Positions 29,386 to 39,361 of a stretch of 64,000 nucleotides of DNA are shown here, in pieces. The stretch covers positions 32,001 through 96,000 of the forward strand of contig JBHLOY010000003.1 in assembly GCA_048939995.1 (NCBI GenBank), written 5' to 3'. This stretch comes from Promethearchaeota archaeon. Lineage in GTDB: Archaea > Asgardarchaeota > Lokiarchaeia > Sigyniarchaeales > SOKP01. A model generated the notes under the pieces. That model was given only the letters and a program-made list of their open reading frames with translations. It was not told where the DNA came from and did no database searches. The position numbers and the translations under genes were made by a program. The first letter of the stretch is position 1, and each line of letters opens with the position of its first letter.

Positions 29386-30852
29386 ATGTCAGATTACTAC
29401 CGAAAAAAAGTCCATTATGAAGAAGTTATAGCAACTTTTGATGATATCCTTATTCAGCCAGGTTATACAAATTTTGAACCACATGAAACTAATATATCTT
29501 CTAAACTAGGTTCATATCAGTTTAATGTCCCGATTATGTCAGCAGCCATGGACACTGTTACAGAGGAGATTATGGCTATTAGAATGGCTTTATTAGGAGG
29601 ATTAGGCGTCCTTCATCGTAATTGTTCGTATGAAAAGCAATTACAAATGGTCCGTATTGTTAAAAGAGCTAGATCTTTTATAATTGATGATGTGGCAACC
29701 ATAGATCCTAATGATCCTATGACTAAAGCAAAATTTATAATGGATAATTATAATATCAGTGGACTTGTTGTAGCTAATGAGGAAAAAAAAGTATGTGGTA
29801 TTTTAACAAAAAGGGATCTACCATTTTTAGACTCAGATGTTAAAAAGGGCAAAGTTAAAGATTATATGTCCAAAAATGTAATATCTATACCACCTGGAGC
29901 TTCTAGGGAAGAGGCTTTGAATATGCTTTTTAAACATAGAATAGAAAAACTTCCTGTAATTGAAAATGGTTATCTTAAAGGATTAATTACTAAAAAAGAC
30001 TTAGCTCCAGAGTTTCCATTGGCTTCTATGGATAAGGAAGGTCATTTAATCTGCGCCTTAGCTTTATCTCCAAAATTTCCTGAATCAATACAAGCTCAGA
30101 AGATGTTAAAAGAGATTGATAAGTATGTTGACATTTTCTTCATTGATGTGGCAGATTATTATAAAGTTACAGATATTGATGGAACCAAAAGATTAATGGA
30201 TTTATTAGAATCTGATTTCGTTTTGGGTAATATTGGAACTTATGAAGCAGCTGAGCATATTATCACTAAATGTGATTTTGATGAAGAAAGACTTATTGGA
30301 TTAAAAGTAGGAATGGGGTCGGGATCAATTTGCACAACCTCGATTCAGACGGGTGTTGGTGCTCCCACTTTATATGCAACGGCTCAAGTAGCAGATGCAG
30401 TTAATGATTACAAACTTGGACTTTCAGTAATCGCAGATGGTGGCTTTAAAAATCCAGGGGATATCCCTAAAGCATTCTCAGTTGGTGCAGATCTAATAAT
30501 GTCTGGACATTTCTTTGCAGGTTGTACAGAAAGCCCTGGTTATGTAGATACTATTCAAGGGCAGAAAGTAAAAGTGTATAGAGGAATGGGAAGCAAGGAA
30601 GCTAGAACCTCTGGTTTTATTTCTGATCGTTACATAGAAGGTTCAAGAGTACTTGCTGAAGGGATATCGGCATACATACCCTATGTTGGAGATCTAGATG
30701 GTGTTATTTTATCATTAAAGGAAGGACTGACTAATGGAATGGTATATGCTGGAGCAAAAACGATCCATGATTTAAAAAAAGTTAAGATTGGTATAGTTAC
30801 TCCCTTTGGACAACAAGAAGTAAAGACACACGATCTAATTGGTAAATATTAA
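29386..30852 (+). CDS. guaB: IMP dehydrogenase with CBS pair
   Basis: TFDD, SAAMDTVTE, catalytic GSGSICTT, ADGG, YRGMGS. Confidence 0.93.
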   Translation: MSDYYRKKVHYEEVIATFDDILIQPGYTNFEPHETNISSKLGSYQFNVPIMSAAMDTVTEEIMAIRMALLGGLGVLHRNCSYEKQLQMVRIVKRARSFIIDDVATIDPNDPMTKAKFIMDNYNISGLVVANEEKKVCGILTKRDLPFLDSDVKKGKVKDYMSKNVISIPPGASREEALNMLFKHRIEKLPVIENGYLKGLITKKDLAPEFPLASMDKEGHLICALALSPKFPESIQAQKMLKEIDKYVDIFFIDVADYYKVTDIDGTKRLMDLLESDFVLGNIGTYEAAEHIITKCDFDEERLIGLKVGMGSGSICTTSIQTGVGAPTLYATAQVADAVNDYKLGLSVIADGGFKNPGDIPKAFSVGADLIMSGHFFAGCTESPGYVDTIQGQKVKVYRGMGSKEARTSGFISDRYIEGSRVLAEGISAYIPYVGDLDGVILSLKEGLTNGMVYAGAKTIHDLKKVKIGIVTPFGQQEVKTHDLIGKY

Positions 30853-30969
30853 TTATCACTTCTCAAGTAAAATTTTAGAATTCTTTAATATTTTCTTTAT
30901 TGTCTATATAGATATAATTTAACTTATTCGCATAATTTACTCAAATAATATAAGCAAAAATGATCTATT

Positions 30970-32574
30970 ATGAAAAAGATTGAAAGGGCAATCATAAGCG
31001 TTTTTGATAAAAAAGAATTGGTTCCATTTGTAAAAGCCTTAGTCAATGAGTTTAAGGTTGAAATTTTGTCAACAGGAGGCACGGGGGAATTGTTGGAAAA
31101 AAATAGAATTAAATATAAGAAAATATCAGACTATACAAAAAGTCCAGAGATGTTCGATGGAAGAGTTAAAACACTTCACCCGAAAATCGAAGGTGGTATT
31201 CTATATCGTAGAGATTTCCAAAAGGATATTGAAGATGCTTTTAAATATGATATAAAGCCGATTGATATGGTTGTTTGTAATCTATATCAATTTAAAGAAG
31301 CAATAGAAAAACCTGGAATAAAACTTGAGGATGCCTTAGAATTGATAGATATTGGAGGACCAACAATGATTCGTGCCGCTGCAAAAAATTTTCCAGATGT
31401 AATAGTTGTTCCTAGTCCAGAATACTACTCAGACATCATTGAAGAACTTAGAAGAAATAAAGGTGCAATAACTGAACAAACAAGGTTAACATTAGCGCAA
31501 GATGTTTTTACCATTATGGCAGATTACAATGCTGCTATTGCTAATTACCTTCAAAAGTATTATAATCCTAATGCATTATTACCTGATACATTAATCAAAA
31601 TTTATGAGAAATTTCAAGATTGTAGATATGGGGAAAATTATGATCAAGCTGCTGGTTATTATAAAGATTTATCCACTAAATATGGATTATACGACCTCAA
31701 ACAACTTGGAGGAAAACAAATTTCTTTCAATAATTATTTGGATATTGATTCTTGTATTCAAATGCTTCTTGACTTTGATAAAAGCGATTATGTTACTACC
31801 ATTCTTAAACATACTTCTCCGAATGGAGTTGCAATTGATAGAAAGGATTTAATGAAATCAGTAAAAATGGCTTACAGTTGCGACCCTCTTTCTGCGTTTG
31901 GAGGAATCTGGGGCGTAAATAAGAAATTTACTAAAGATGTAGCAGATTTTATCATAAATAAAGAAAAGGTCTTCATAGAAGTTTTACTAGCTCCAAAATA
32001 TGATCCAGAAGCATTAAAAATACTGAAACAGAAAAAGAACATGATAATTCTTGAGTTTGGGGACCTTCTTAATAAAAGGGACATCATTTATAAACAACTT
32101 GAGATACGGTCAACTCTAGGAGGTGCTGTTATTCAAGAATATGACCATAAGCCTTTAATTAAGGAATGGAAAGTTGTGAGTAAAAGAAATATAAATGAAG
32201 TTGAAAAGGAGGCTTTAATTTTTGCGTATAGAGTATCTAAATGGGCTAAATCGAATTCAGCATGTTTTGCTCAACTTTATGATGAAGGAATTTATACGAT
32301 CGGTATTGGTGCTGGACAACAATCACGAGTTCATGTAGTAAGACTTGCTGCACAAAAAGCAGTAGAGTTTGGTCATAAGAATAAGCTAAGGGAATCATTT
32401 ATGGGGACAGACTCGTTTTTTCCATTTCCAGACGGATTAGAAGCTGCTGTAAACGCCGGTGCTAAAGCTATAATTAACCCAGGTGGTTCAATTAGAGATG
32501 CAGAAGTAATTCAAAGAGCAGATGAACTAGATTGCGCTTTAGTTTTCTGTGGTAAAAGAGTGTTTCGACATTAA
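30970..32574 (+). CDS. purH: Bifunctional AICAR transformylase/IMP cyclohydrolase
   Basis: ISVFDK, STGGT, GRVKTLHP, IDIGGP, RYGEN, SAFGG, GAGQQSR, PGGSIRD, RVFRH. Confidence 0.96.
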   Translation: MKKIERAIISVFDKKELVPFVKALVNEFKVEILSTGGTGELLEKNRIKYKKISDYTKSPEMFDGRVKTLHPKIEGGILYRRDFQKDIEDAFKYDIKPIDMVVCNLYQFKEAIEKPGIKLEDALELIDIGGPTMIRAAAKNFPDVIVVPSPEYYSDIIEELRRNKGAITEQTRLTLAQDVFTIMADYNAAIANYLQKYYNPNALLPDTLIKIYEKFQDCRYGENYDQAAGYYKDLSTKYGLYDLKQLGGKQISFNNYLDIDSCIQMLLDFDKSDYVTTILKHTSPNGVAIDRKDLMKSVKMAYSCDPLSAFGGIWGVNKKFTKDVADFIINKEKVFIEVLLAPKYDPEALKILKQKKNMIILEFGDLLNKRDIIYKQLEIRSTLGGAVIQEYDHKPLIKEWKVVSKRNINEVEKEALIFAYRVSKWAKSNSACFAQLYDEGIYTIGIGAGQQSRVHVVRLAAQKAVEFGHKNKLRESFMGTDSFFPFPDGLEAAVNAGAKAIINPGGSIRDAEVIQRADELDCALVFCGKRVFRH

Positions 32575-32737
32575 AAACTTGATGAAAAAGAATGCAATTC
32601 TGAATAAAATAGTTCCAAATCTTTAAGCGATCTTGTTTTTTTATAATTTCTAGTTAGAAGAAAAAAACTTTATAAACATCTGAGTATATCTAAATATACG
32701 ACTTATTAAATAACAAATATTCCTAAGCGAAGATTTT

Positions 32738-33019
32738 ATGGACTTTTTCTTGAAAAACTTAAGGGAAACTCTTCATGCTATTAATAAATTAATCGATAAT
32801 AATGTGAATATTGTAAATACTAAAAGAATAAGAAGATGTAACAATATTAAGTCATCTAATCGCTCTAAAATTAACTTTATATGGCGTTCATTAAACTATC
32901 TCGAAAAAGAAGGCATATTAGAGATTAATGGTTCTTATAGTCCGAAAACATATAAAATTGTAAGCGAAAAAATAAATATCGATAAGTTAATGACTCAAAT
33001 TGAGAAACAAAGATTCTAG
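32738..33019 (+). CDS. Small basic hypothetical protein, probably winged-helix DNA-binding
   Basis: WRSLNYLEKEGILE...PKTYKI helix-plus-wing pattern. Confidence 0.55.
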   Translation: MDFFLKNLRETLHAINKLIDNNVNIVNTKRIRRCNNIKSSNRSKINFIWRSLNYLEKEGILEINGSYSPKTYKIVSEKINIDKLMTQIEKQRF

Positions 33020-33023
33020 GAGT

Positions 33024-35756
33024 TTAGATTAAGTTTAATTGATTTAGTAAATCATTTAATTTTTGTTTATTTTCATGATTGTCTGGATCTTTTATTAGTC
33101 TTTTTTGATAAAAAATAACATTACCATATTTTAATTCAATATTATTAAATCTTTTAACCCATGACATAAATTGGTCTAAATAATCTTGTACTTCGGGATC
33201 ATTTTCAAATAATTTGATTTCTTCTCTTTTTTGACTTGCTGCAATCATACGCTTATATTTTTTCAAATTATATCCTTGCTTTTTTAATAATTGAATATTA
33301 GCTCTACGTATAAAAGCTTCTATACCGCTTCTCCACCTAACATATTGCTCATTAATTCTATCAATTGTCTCTTGAACCATCTTTATTTCTTGTGGAAATA
33401 TGGTAGTTTTATTTTTAGTCAGAATCTTCTTAATGACTTGAAATTCGGTACTAAAAAAGCTAATATAATTGCTTATCATTTTCGCAAATTCATCTAATAC
33501 AATATTATAATCTTGTTCGAATAGAACTTCAAAACTAGAAAATGTAAGATTTTTTTTATCGAATGTTCCCTTTATTTTCCTTGTGTTGAGTAAATCCTCT
33601 GTAATTAAACATAGTAATTCAATTTCTTTTTCCATTAGTTCTTTCCCATAAAAAAGGTCCTGAAAAGAAAAACTATAGCTATTTTGAAATATTAGTTTTT
33701 CAATTCCTTTTTGGGTGTAAAATCTTACTTTTTCACCATCATCATAAAAAATTCCTTTAATTTTTTCACTATCCTGCAATTCAGTTAGTAATTCTTTAGT
33801 CAAACTCGATGTAGTATCTATATCTTCTAGAGAAATATAATCTTGTGATATTGCTTTATCTATTAAAACATTTCTTAATTCCTTTTCTGCGTCTTTTATC
33901 TTATTTTCATTAAAAATTAAAGTATCTCCTCTTTTTAAATATCTTAGATCTAATGAGTGTAGAAATTCAAAAAAAGCAGTTTCACTCATTCCAGTTTTAT
34001 CGAGATATTCTCTAATAATTAGCTGTTCTTGCTGTTTTATTTCATCTCCAATAAGGCGAAGGTTTTCATCAATTTTATTTAAAATAAGATCTTCATGAAT
34101 ATTTAATTCTTTTGATAATTCTGCTATTTTAAATTTCCTAATGTCAAGATCATTGATTTGATTTATTTTATCTATCTTCTCATTTACATATTTTGAGTAA
34201 TAAAATCTCTCTCTATCATTATTAAATATCCCGCTTCTGGAATCAACGATCTTATCCAAAACATCAACTAATAAAACTTTGCCAATATTCAACCTGCCAG
34301 ATATTATTGGGATAGAAAAATAACCTAAAATTTTAGAATCTTCAATTTCCTTTTCGATTTTTAAAAATCCTAGATTAGTTAGTAGCATTGTTCCCTTGCG
34401 GTAGTTTGTTAGATAATCTTTAGGAAGATTTTTTATTAACTTAATAAAGCTTTTATTGGTTAAGATCTCACGATAAGGTCTCAAATCAACGGTATTATCT
34501 TTTGCTGCTTTAGAATTGATCTCTTGTGTAATAGTTTTTAATGAATAATATGCTGTTGCATCCTTTCCTAATAAAAATTGTTTCTTGCCCGAGAAAGAAA
34601 TATCTTTAACAATTTTCTTTATTAAGGTACTTGGTAAATAATCAAATTTATTAATATATAGGATTCCGTTATCCTTTATTTGCTTTTCAAACTCAGCTCT
34701 CAAATAATTATATGGATAAAAATAACCTAAATCTGAAAAATAGCCCTTGATAACTTTTAATTTAATCAATGATTTCATAACTAGATTTAATTCAGAATCT
34801 GATTCAATAATATATAAAAAATCATTAATTGATTGACTTGAAACTCTTCTATTTTGCTCAAAAAAATCAATCAATTTTGATTTCTCAAGTTCATAAAAAA
34901 AAGTTCCATTACGTTTCTCACTTTTGATATAAAAATATACTTCTTCGTCTTTAAATTTGGATTTCTTTATATTTTCTATAAAATCCTTTAATCCAATTTT
35001 ATGTTTCTCACTTAATTCTTTAATATTATATTTTTTTAAGATTATTTGAGAATTAACTATTTCAAAGATTTTATCAAAATCCTTTCCTTCATAATTTAGG
35101 GTTCTTAGAGGATCATAAAGTATCTTACATACTGCTATTAATTGATTATAAAGATTAGGGTGCATCTTTTCTCCTAACTTTGAAAATATCCTTATAAATA
35201 TTTGTTTAAAGCAAAAAAGTTCATTAAAGTGAAAATCCTTACAATTACTTAGAAAAACTAATAAAGAATAAAGATTATCATTATTTTCTTCAATTGAAAG
35301 AGCATTTAAGATATCTTCTTTATAATCACATAGTACTTGGGGTTGTTTTTTTATAATCTCTTGGAGAAAATAATGAACATTATCCCTTACATCTGAATTT
35401 TTCTCAATCAAAGCTTTGGTGAAATGCGATATACTCTTTTTGATGTACTTGGAATCATTTAGCATTCCAAATCCTAATATAATTATTGAATTCAACATTA
35501 ATTCTGGTGAACTTAAAAACTCATGGATTTTTTCTAACAAATCATCAGAAATATAATTAAAATTATTTTCTGCTAAGACACTTAAAATATAGGTTATTAA
35601 AATCCTATTATCTTCTTGTTCTAAGAGAACATTTAAATCTTTTATGATTTTATGAACTTTTTCAACCTTATTTTTATTCAAATACTTATTTAGTTTCCCA
35701 ACAATATTTTCTAGAATTTCATTTCCCTTAAAATCCTCCAAATTAAACATAATCAT
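33024..35756 (-). CDS. HEAT/ARM-repeat protein followed by tandem winged-helix (PCI-like) repeats
   Basis: HEAT-like N-terminus (DVRDNVHYFLQEI); repeated L..xIKGxF motifs (VIKGYFSDLG, KIKGIFYDDG, KIKGTFDKK). Confidence 0.6.
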   Translation of the reverse strand: MIMFNLEDFKGNEILENIVGKLNKYLNKNKVEKVHKIIKDLNVLLEQEDNRILITYILSVLAENNFNYISDDLLEKIHEFLSSPELMLNSIIILGFGMLNDSKYIKKSISHFTKALIEKNSDVRDNVHYFLQEIIKKQPQVLCDYKEDILNALSIEENNDNLYSLLVFLSNCKDFHFNELFCFKQIFIRIFSKLGEKMHPNLYNQLIAVCKILYDPLRTLNYEGKDFDKIFEIVNSQIILKKYNIKELSEKHKIGLKDFIENIKKSKFKDEEVYFYIKSEKRNGTFFYELEKSKLIDFFEQNRRVSSQSINDFLYIIESDSELNLVMKSLIKLKVIKGYFSDLGYFYPYNYLRAEFEKQIKDNGILYINKFDYLPSTLIKKIVKDISFSGKKQFLLGKDATAYYSLKTITQEINSKAAKDNTVDLRPYREILTNKSFIKLIKNLPKDYLTNYRKGTMLLTNLGFLKIEKEIEDSKILGYFSIPIISGRLNIGKVLLVDVLDKIVDSRSGIFNNDRERFYYSKYVNEKIDKINQINDLDIRKFKIAELSKELNIHEDLILNKIDENLRLIGDEIKQQEQLIIREYLDKTGMSETAFFEFLHSLDLRYLKRGDTLIFNENKIKDAEKELRNVLIDKAISQDYISLEDIDTTSSLTKELLTELQDSEKIKGIFYDDGEKVRFYTQKGIEKLIFQNSYSFSFQDLFYGKELMEKEIELLCLITEDLLNTRKIKGTFDKKNLTFSSFEVLFEQDYNIVLDEFAKMISNYISFFSTEFQVIKKILTKNKTTIFPQEIKMVQETIDRINEQYVRWRSGIEAFIRRANIQLLKKQGYNLKKYKRMIAASQKREEIKLFENDPEVQDYLDQFMSWVKRFNNIELKYGNVIFYQKRLIKDPDNHENKQKLNDLLNQLNLI

Positions 35757-35769
35757 TTTAGTTTAATTT

Positions 35770-36495
35770 TTAGTCTAATATGAATTTTTTGATTGGTTCA
35801 AATTCCAAAAGAGATTCAATATTTTGGAGGATAACAGTTGGATTGGATTCTTCTAAATCCTTTTTAGTTCCATGTCCGCTTAATAATGCAATGCTCCTTA
35901 TATTAGCATTCTTAGCAGTTTCGATATCACTCGGTAGATCTCCCACAAAATATACATTATTTTTTATGATTTCACATTTATAGATGGTTTTAATTTGATT
36001 TAATGCTAACAAGATTGGATATGGATTTGGTTTTCTATAAGAAGAGTTGTCTCGGGAGATGTAAACAGTAAAAAAGTTATCTAAATTTAAAATTGTTCTA
36101 AAAAAATTCAACCGAGCCTTGCTTGTATTCGATACTATTCCCATTGGAATTCTGTTTATTTTCAATTTTTTTAAAGCATTCTCTAAATTTGGCTTCAATG
36201 TTTCATATCTTTCATATAGGGGATAAGTACGCTTAAACTTCAAGAAAAAAAGAATTCTTCGCCACCTACTAGGAATATATCTCTTATAGACTTTATAAGC
36301 GCGAATTAAGGCTTTAATCCTGTTTTTTGAATCAGCTTCTTCAAATAAACGGGCAAAATCTATTAATCTCAAATCCTTAACATTCCTAAATTTATAGAAT
36401 TTATTCTTTAATAATTTTAACGCGGTATATTCAAGAGCTTTCTGAGTGATTATAACACCATCAAAATCGAATAGCAAAATAGGTGGATTTAGCAT
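35770..36495 (-). CDS. HAD-superfamily hydrolase (phosphoglycolate phosphatase-like)
   Basis: FDFDG, VSN, KPNP, VGDxxxD. Confidence 0.9.
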   Translation of the reverse strand: MLNPPILLFDFDGVIITQKALEYTALKLLKNKFYKFRNVKDLRLIDFARLFEEADSKNRIKALIRAYKVYKRYIPSRWRRILFFLKFKRTYPLYERYETLKPNLENALKKLKINRIPMGIVSNTSKARLNFFRTILNLDNFFTVYISRDNSSYRKPNPYPILLALNQIKTIYKCEIIKNNVYFVGDLPSDIETAKNANIRSIALLSGHGTKKDLEESNPTVILQNIESLLEFEPIKKFILD

Positions 36496-36683
36496 ATGTA
36501 CTACTCAAAATTTAATTTAATTCTTAAATCTAATGGAATATAATTATTTAATTTTAATATTAAGCTTTCCTAAATGTTATATTATTCTGTGTATAAGAAG
36601 GTTTTTTAAATAGCATTTCTATATATATTGTTAATAACTCGTTTATTTATTAAAAAAAATATAAAGATTGCTAGAAAAAGTAA

Positions 36684-37355
36684 GTGATAATTATGTCTGA
36701 AAATAAAGTAAAATCTGTGTCTGAAGTTAAACTACGATCTTATCCAAAGGTTATATTCTTTTATCCACTGCTCATTGTAAGTTTTATTTTATGGCTTTTG
36801 CAATTCTTTTTTACAGAACCGGTAGCTTGGTTTGGTAATATATGGATGATTGTCTTCTTTGTTAATTTATTTATAACCGCTTTTGATTTTTCGTCTACTA
36901 AATTTTTCCTTCTCCTTCTTGCTGTCGTAATTGTTGTGCTAGTAATAATATTTTTAATCCCAGGTGGGATTGTACCTGCTGCAACATTTGATTTTAATTT
37001 GAGATTAACTGCAGAGTTTTATTTTGTAGCCATGATCGTGTTGATTTTTATTTTAGGATTGGTCCTTATTAGCGCTCAATTTGATTACTGGAAGATTGAA
37101 AGAAATGAAATTTACCACAAAAAAGGTATCTTCACTTCAGCAGAAAGAATTCCAACTAAAAGCTTAAGAATTAAAAAGGACATTCCAGATGTTTTCGAAT
37201 TCTTCGTCTTAAGAGCCGGTTCTATTACACTTATGCCAGGACACGGTGATGTAATCCCTTTAACTACAGTTTTAAATGTAAATAAGAAAGCAGAACAAAT
37301 TGATTGGCTGTTAAGTCATATTAGTATGGAACCTGATGAGTTAGATGGTCAGTAA
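36684..37355 (+). CDS. Four-TM membrane protein with C-terminal bacterial PH-like domain
   Basis: Four hydrophobic helices, then YWKIERNEIYHKKGIF...GSITL. Confidence 0.55.
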   Translation: MIIMSENKVKSVSEVKLRSYPKVIFFYPLLIVSFILWLLQFFFTEPVAWFGNIWMIVFFVNLFITAFDFSSTKFFLLLLAVVIVVLVIIFLIPGGIVPAATFDFNLRLTAEFYFVAMIVLIFILGLVLISAQFDYWKIERNEIYHKKGIFTSAERIPTKSLRIKKDIPDVFEFFVLRAGSITLMPGHGDVIPLTTVLNVNKKAEQIDWLLSHISMEPDELDGQ

Positions 37356-37430
37356 ATTATATCAAGTAGATAAATAAACTTTATTTTTTATTTTTTTTAA
37401 ATTACCCTTTTTTCATTTCATCCTAGCAAA

Positions 37431-38183
37431 TCAAAAGTAATTTCCAATTGATTTTACCATTCGATAAGAATAAGCGATTTGTTGGTTCCCTTGATCGCTT
37501 ATTCCCATGTGACCCGGAAGTAGGTATTTTACATCCAAATTGCTTACGAATTTTATTGATTCAGTTAAAGTTTTTAATGATCCTCCAGGAAAATCATAAC
37601 GACCAAAACTTCCCCCCGTAAATACTAAATCTCCGGGAATTAAGATTTTTTTATCAGGTTCATATAATGACATTGATCCTATAGAGTGACCTGGAGTATG
37701 AAATATCTGAAAACTAAATTCATTATTGACTTTGATTACGTTACTACTACTTAAATCTTCCACTTTTAAAGGAATAATGTTAACACCAAACATACTAGGT
37801 GTTATTCCAAGACTACCCGGGAAAATACTCGATTCATCTCCTTCTTGCAATATTTTAGCGGTTTTGCCGTATGCATAAATATCTGGTGGATTTTCTTTTA
37901 ATAAATTTATCAGTGGATAAACGCCAAGAACATGATCAACATGTTCATGAGAAATGTAGACTTTTGTTATATTATTAAACTTTAAATTAAAATCTTTCAT
38001 GCCTTCTATTAAACCGTTTAAAGATATACCGTTTCCCGCATCAAAAAGTGCCAAATCATTAGAATCATTATCTTTAATTATATATTGATTACAATCCAGC
38101 ATTAAATTTTCACTAAAATAATATAAATTTGTAGTTACTTCTTGGCCTCTTTTCTTTGAACCTTTAATTTCCGGAAAAAACAT
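37431..38183 (-). CDS. Metallo-beta-lactamase-fold hydrolase
   Basis: SHEHVDH, TPGHS, GD, PGH. Confidence 0.92.
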   Translation of the reverse strand: MFFPEIKGSKKRGQEVTTNLYYFSENLMLDCNQYIIKDNDSNDLALFDAGNGISLNGLIEGMKDFNLKFNNITKVYISHEHVDHVLGVYPLINLLKENPPDIYAYGKTAKILQEGDESSIFPGSLGITPSMFGVNIIPLKVEDLSSSNVIKVNNEFSFQIFHTPGHSIGSMSLYEPDKKILIPGDLVFTGGSFGRYDFPGGSLKTLTESIKFVSNLDVKYLLPGHMGISDQGNQQIAYSYRMVKSIGNYF

Positions 38184-38288
38184 AATTAAAACCTTAGAGT
38201 TTACAAAAATAAAGGCTATTATATTTTAATGTTTTTCTATTCAAAAATATAAAAAATAATTAATTCCAAAAAAAATAATCTATATATT

Positions 38289-38699
38289 ATGAAAGCACAA
38301 CCACCAGATGATAATAATTTTGAAACATTAAAACATAAAATTGGATTTGGTATTAAATTTTGGTTAGAGTTTCAAAATAATAAACGAAAGAATATTCTAG
38401 GCTCGGGGTGGGCAAAATTACTAGATAGTATAAATGTAACTCAAGAACAAGAACCTAAGTCTTTAACAATAGCAGCAAAAGAATGTGGCTATTCCTATAA
38501 ATATGCTTGGAATATATTAAAAAGGATTGAAAGAAGAACAGGTATGGCCCCCGTATTAACAGGAAAAGGAGGTGCTGGTGGTGGAGGGTATGTAATATTA
38601 AATAATTGGGGTAAATATTTGCTAAAAACTTATAAAAATTTGTTATACGAGTTGCAAGAGGTTGAAAAAAAGCTTGAAAAATCCTTTAAAATAACATAA
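38289..38699 (+). CDS. ModE-type winged-helix transcriptional regulator (no TOBE domain)
   Basis: SL..AAKxxGxSYxxAW, GGxGGG wing. Confidence 0.85.
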   Translation: MKAQPPDDNNFETLKHKIGFGIKFWLEFQNNKRKNILGSGWAKLLDSINVTQEQEPKSLTIAAKECGYSYKYAWNILKRIERRTGMAPVLTGKGGAGGGGYVILNNWGKYLLKTYKNLLYELQEVEKKLEKSFKIT

Positions 38700-38803
38700 T
38701 ATTTAGATTTAATTAAATTTTAATTCTATTAAATAATATTAATTTTAAGAGCATCAATATTATTACTGATTTTAAATCAATGAGTATTTAATAGGGAGAT
38801 TAT

Positions 38804-39229
38804 TTGGAAGATAAAGTTCAGAAATTCAATGAAATTAAAGTATCTGATTTTATGATAAAAGAACCTATTTTTATTACTCCTAATGAGAAAGCCAGTACTA
38901 CTGAACTTCTAATGTTAAGAAAAAATGTAGGCAGCCTTCCTGTTGTTAACAATTCTACAGATAAAAGAGTAATTGGAATTATTACTCAGAGAGATATTAG
39001 ATTAGCACGATTTGCTATGAATTTAGAATCTCCTAATACAAGAGTTAGAGATTTAATGACACCTGATCCAATTGTTGCTAAAGTAACAGATTCGTTAGTT
39101 GAAGTTTTAGAAAAATTAGTAAAAAATAACATCGAACGTTTGCCAGTTATAAATGAGAATCAAAATTTAGTAGGCTATATTACAAAACAATCTATTATCG
39201 AAACAATATATAAACATCTTAATTTGTAG
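38804..39229 (+). CDS. Stand-alone CBS-pair protein
   Basis: LPVV...GIITQRD and LPVI...GYIT repeats. Confidence 0.9.
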   Translation: MEDKVQKFNEIKVSDFMIKEPIFITPNEKASTTELLMLRKNVGSLPVVNNSTDKRVIGIITQRDIRLARFAMNLESPNTRVRDLMTPDPIVAKVTDSLVEVLEKLVKNNIERLPVINENQNLVGYITKQSIIETIYKHLNL

Positions 39230-39361
39230 TAATACTTCTTGAATCATAATTAATTATAAGATATCACCTTAAAAAAAAACACATACATATTTTTATTACA
39301 ATCAATACTTTATGTTTATAGATATTATAGTTCATATAAATCAAAATTAAATTGAGATAAC

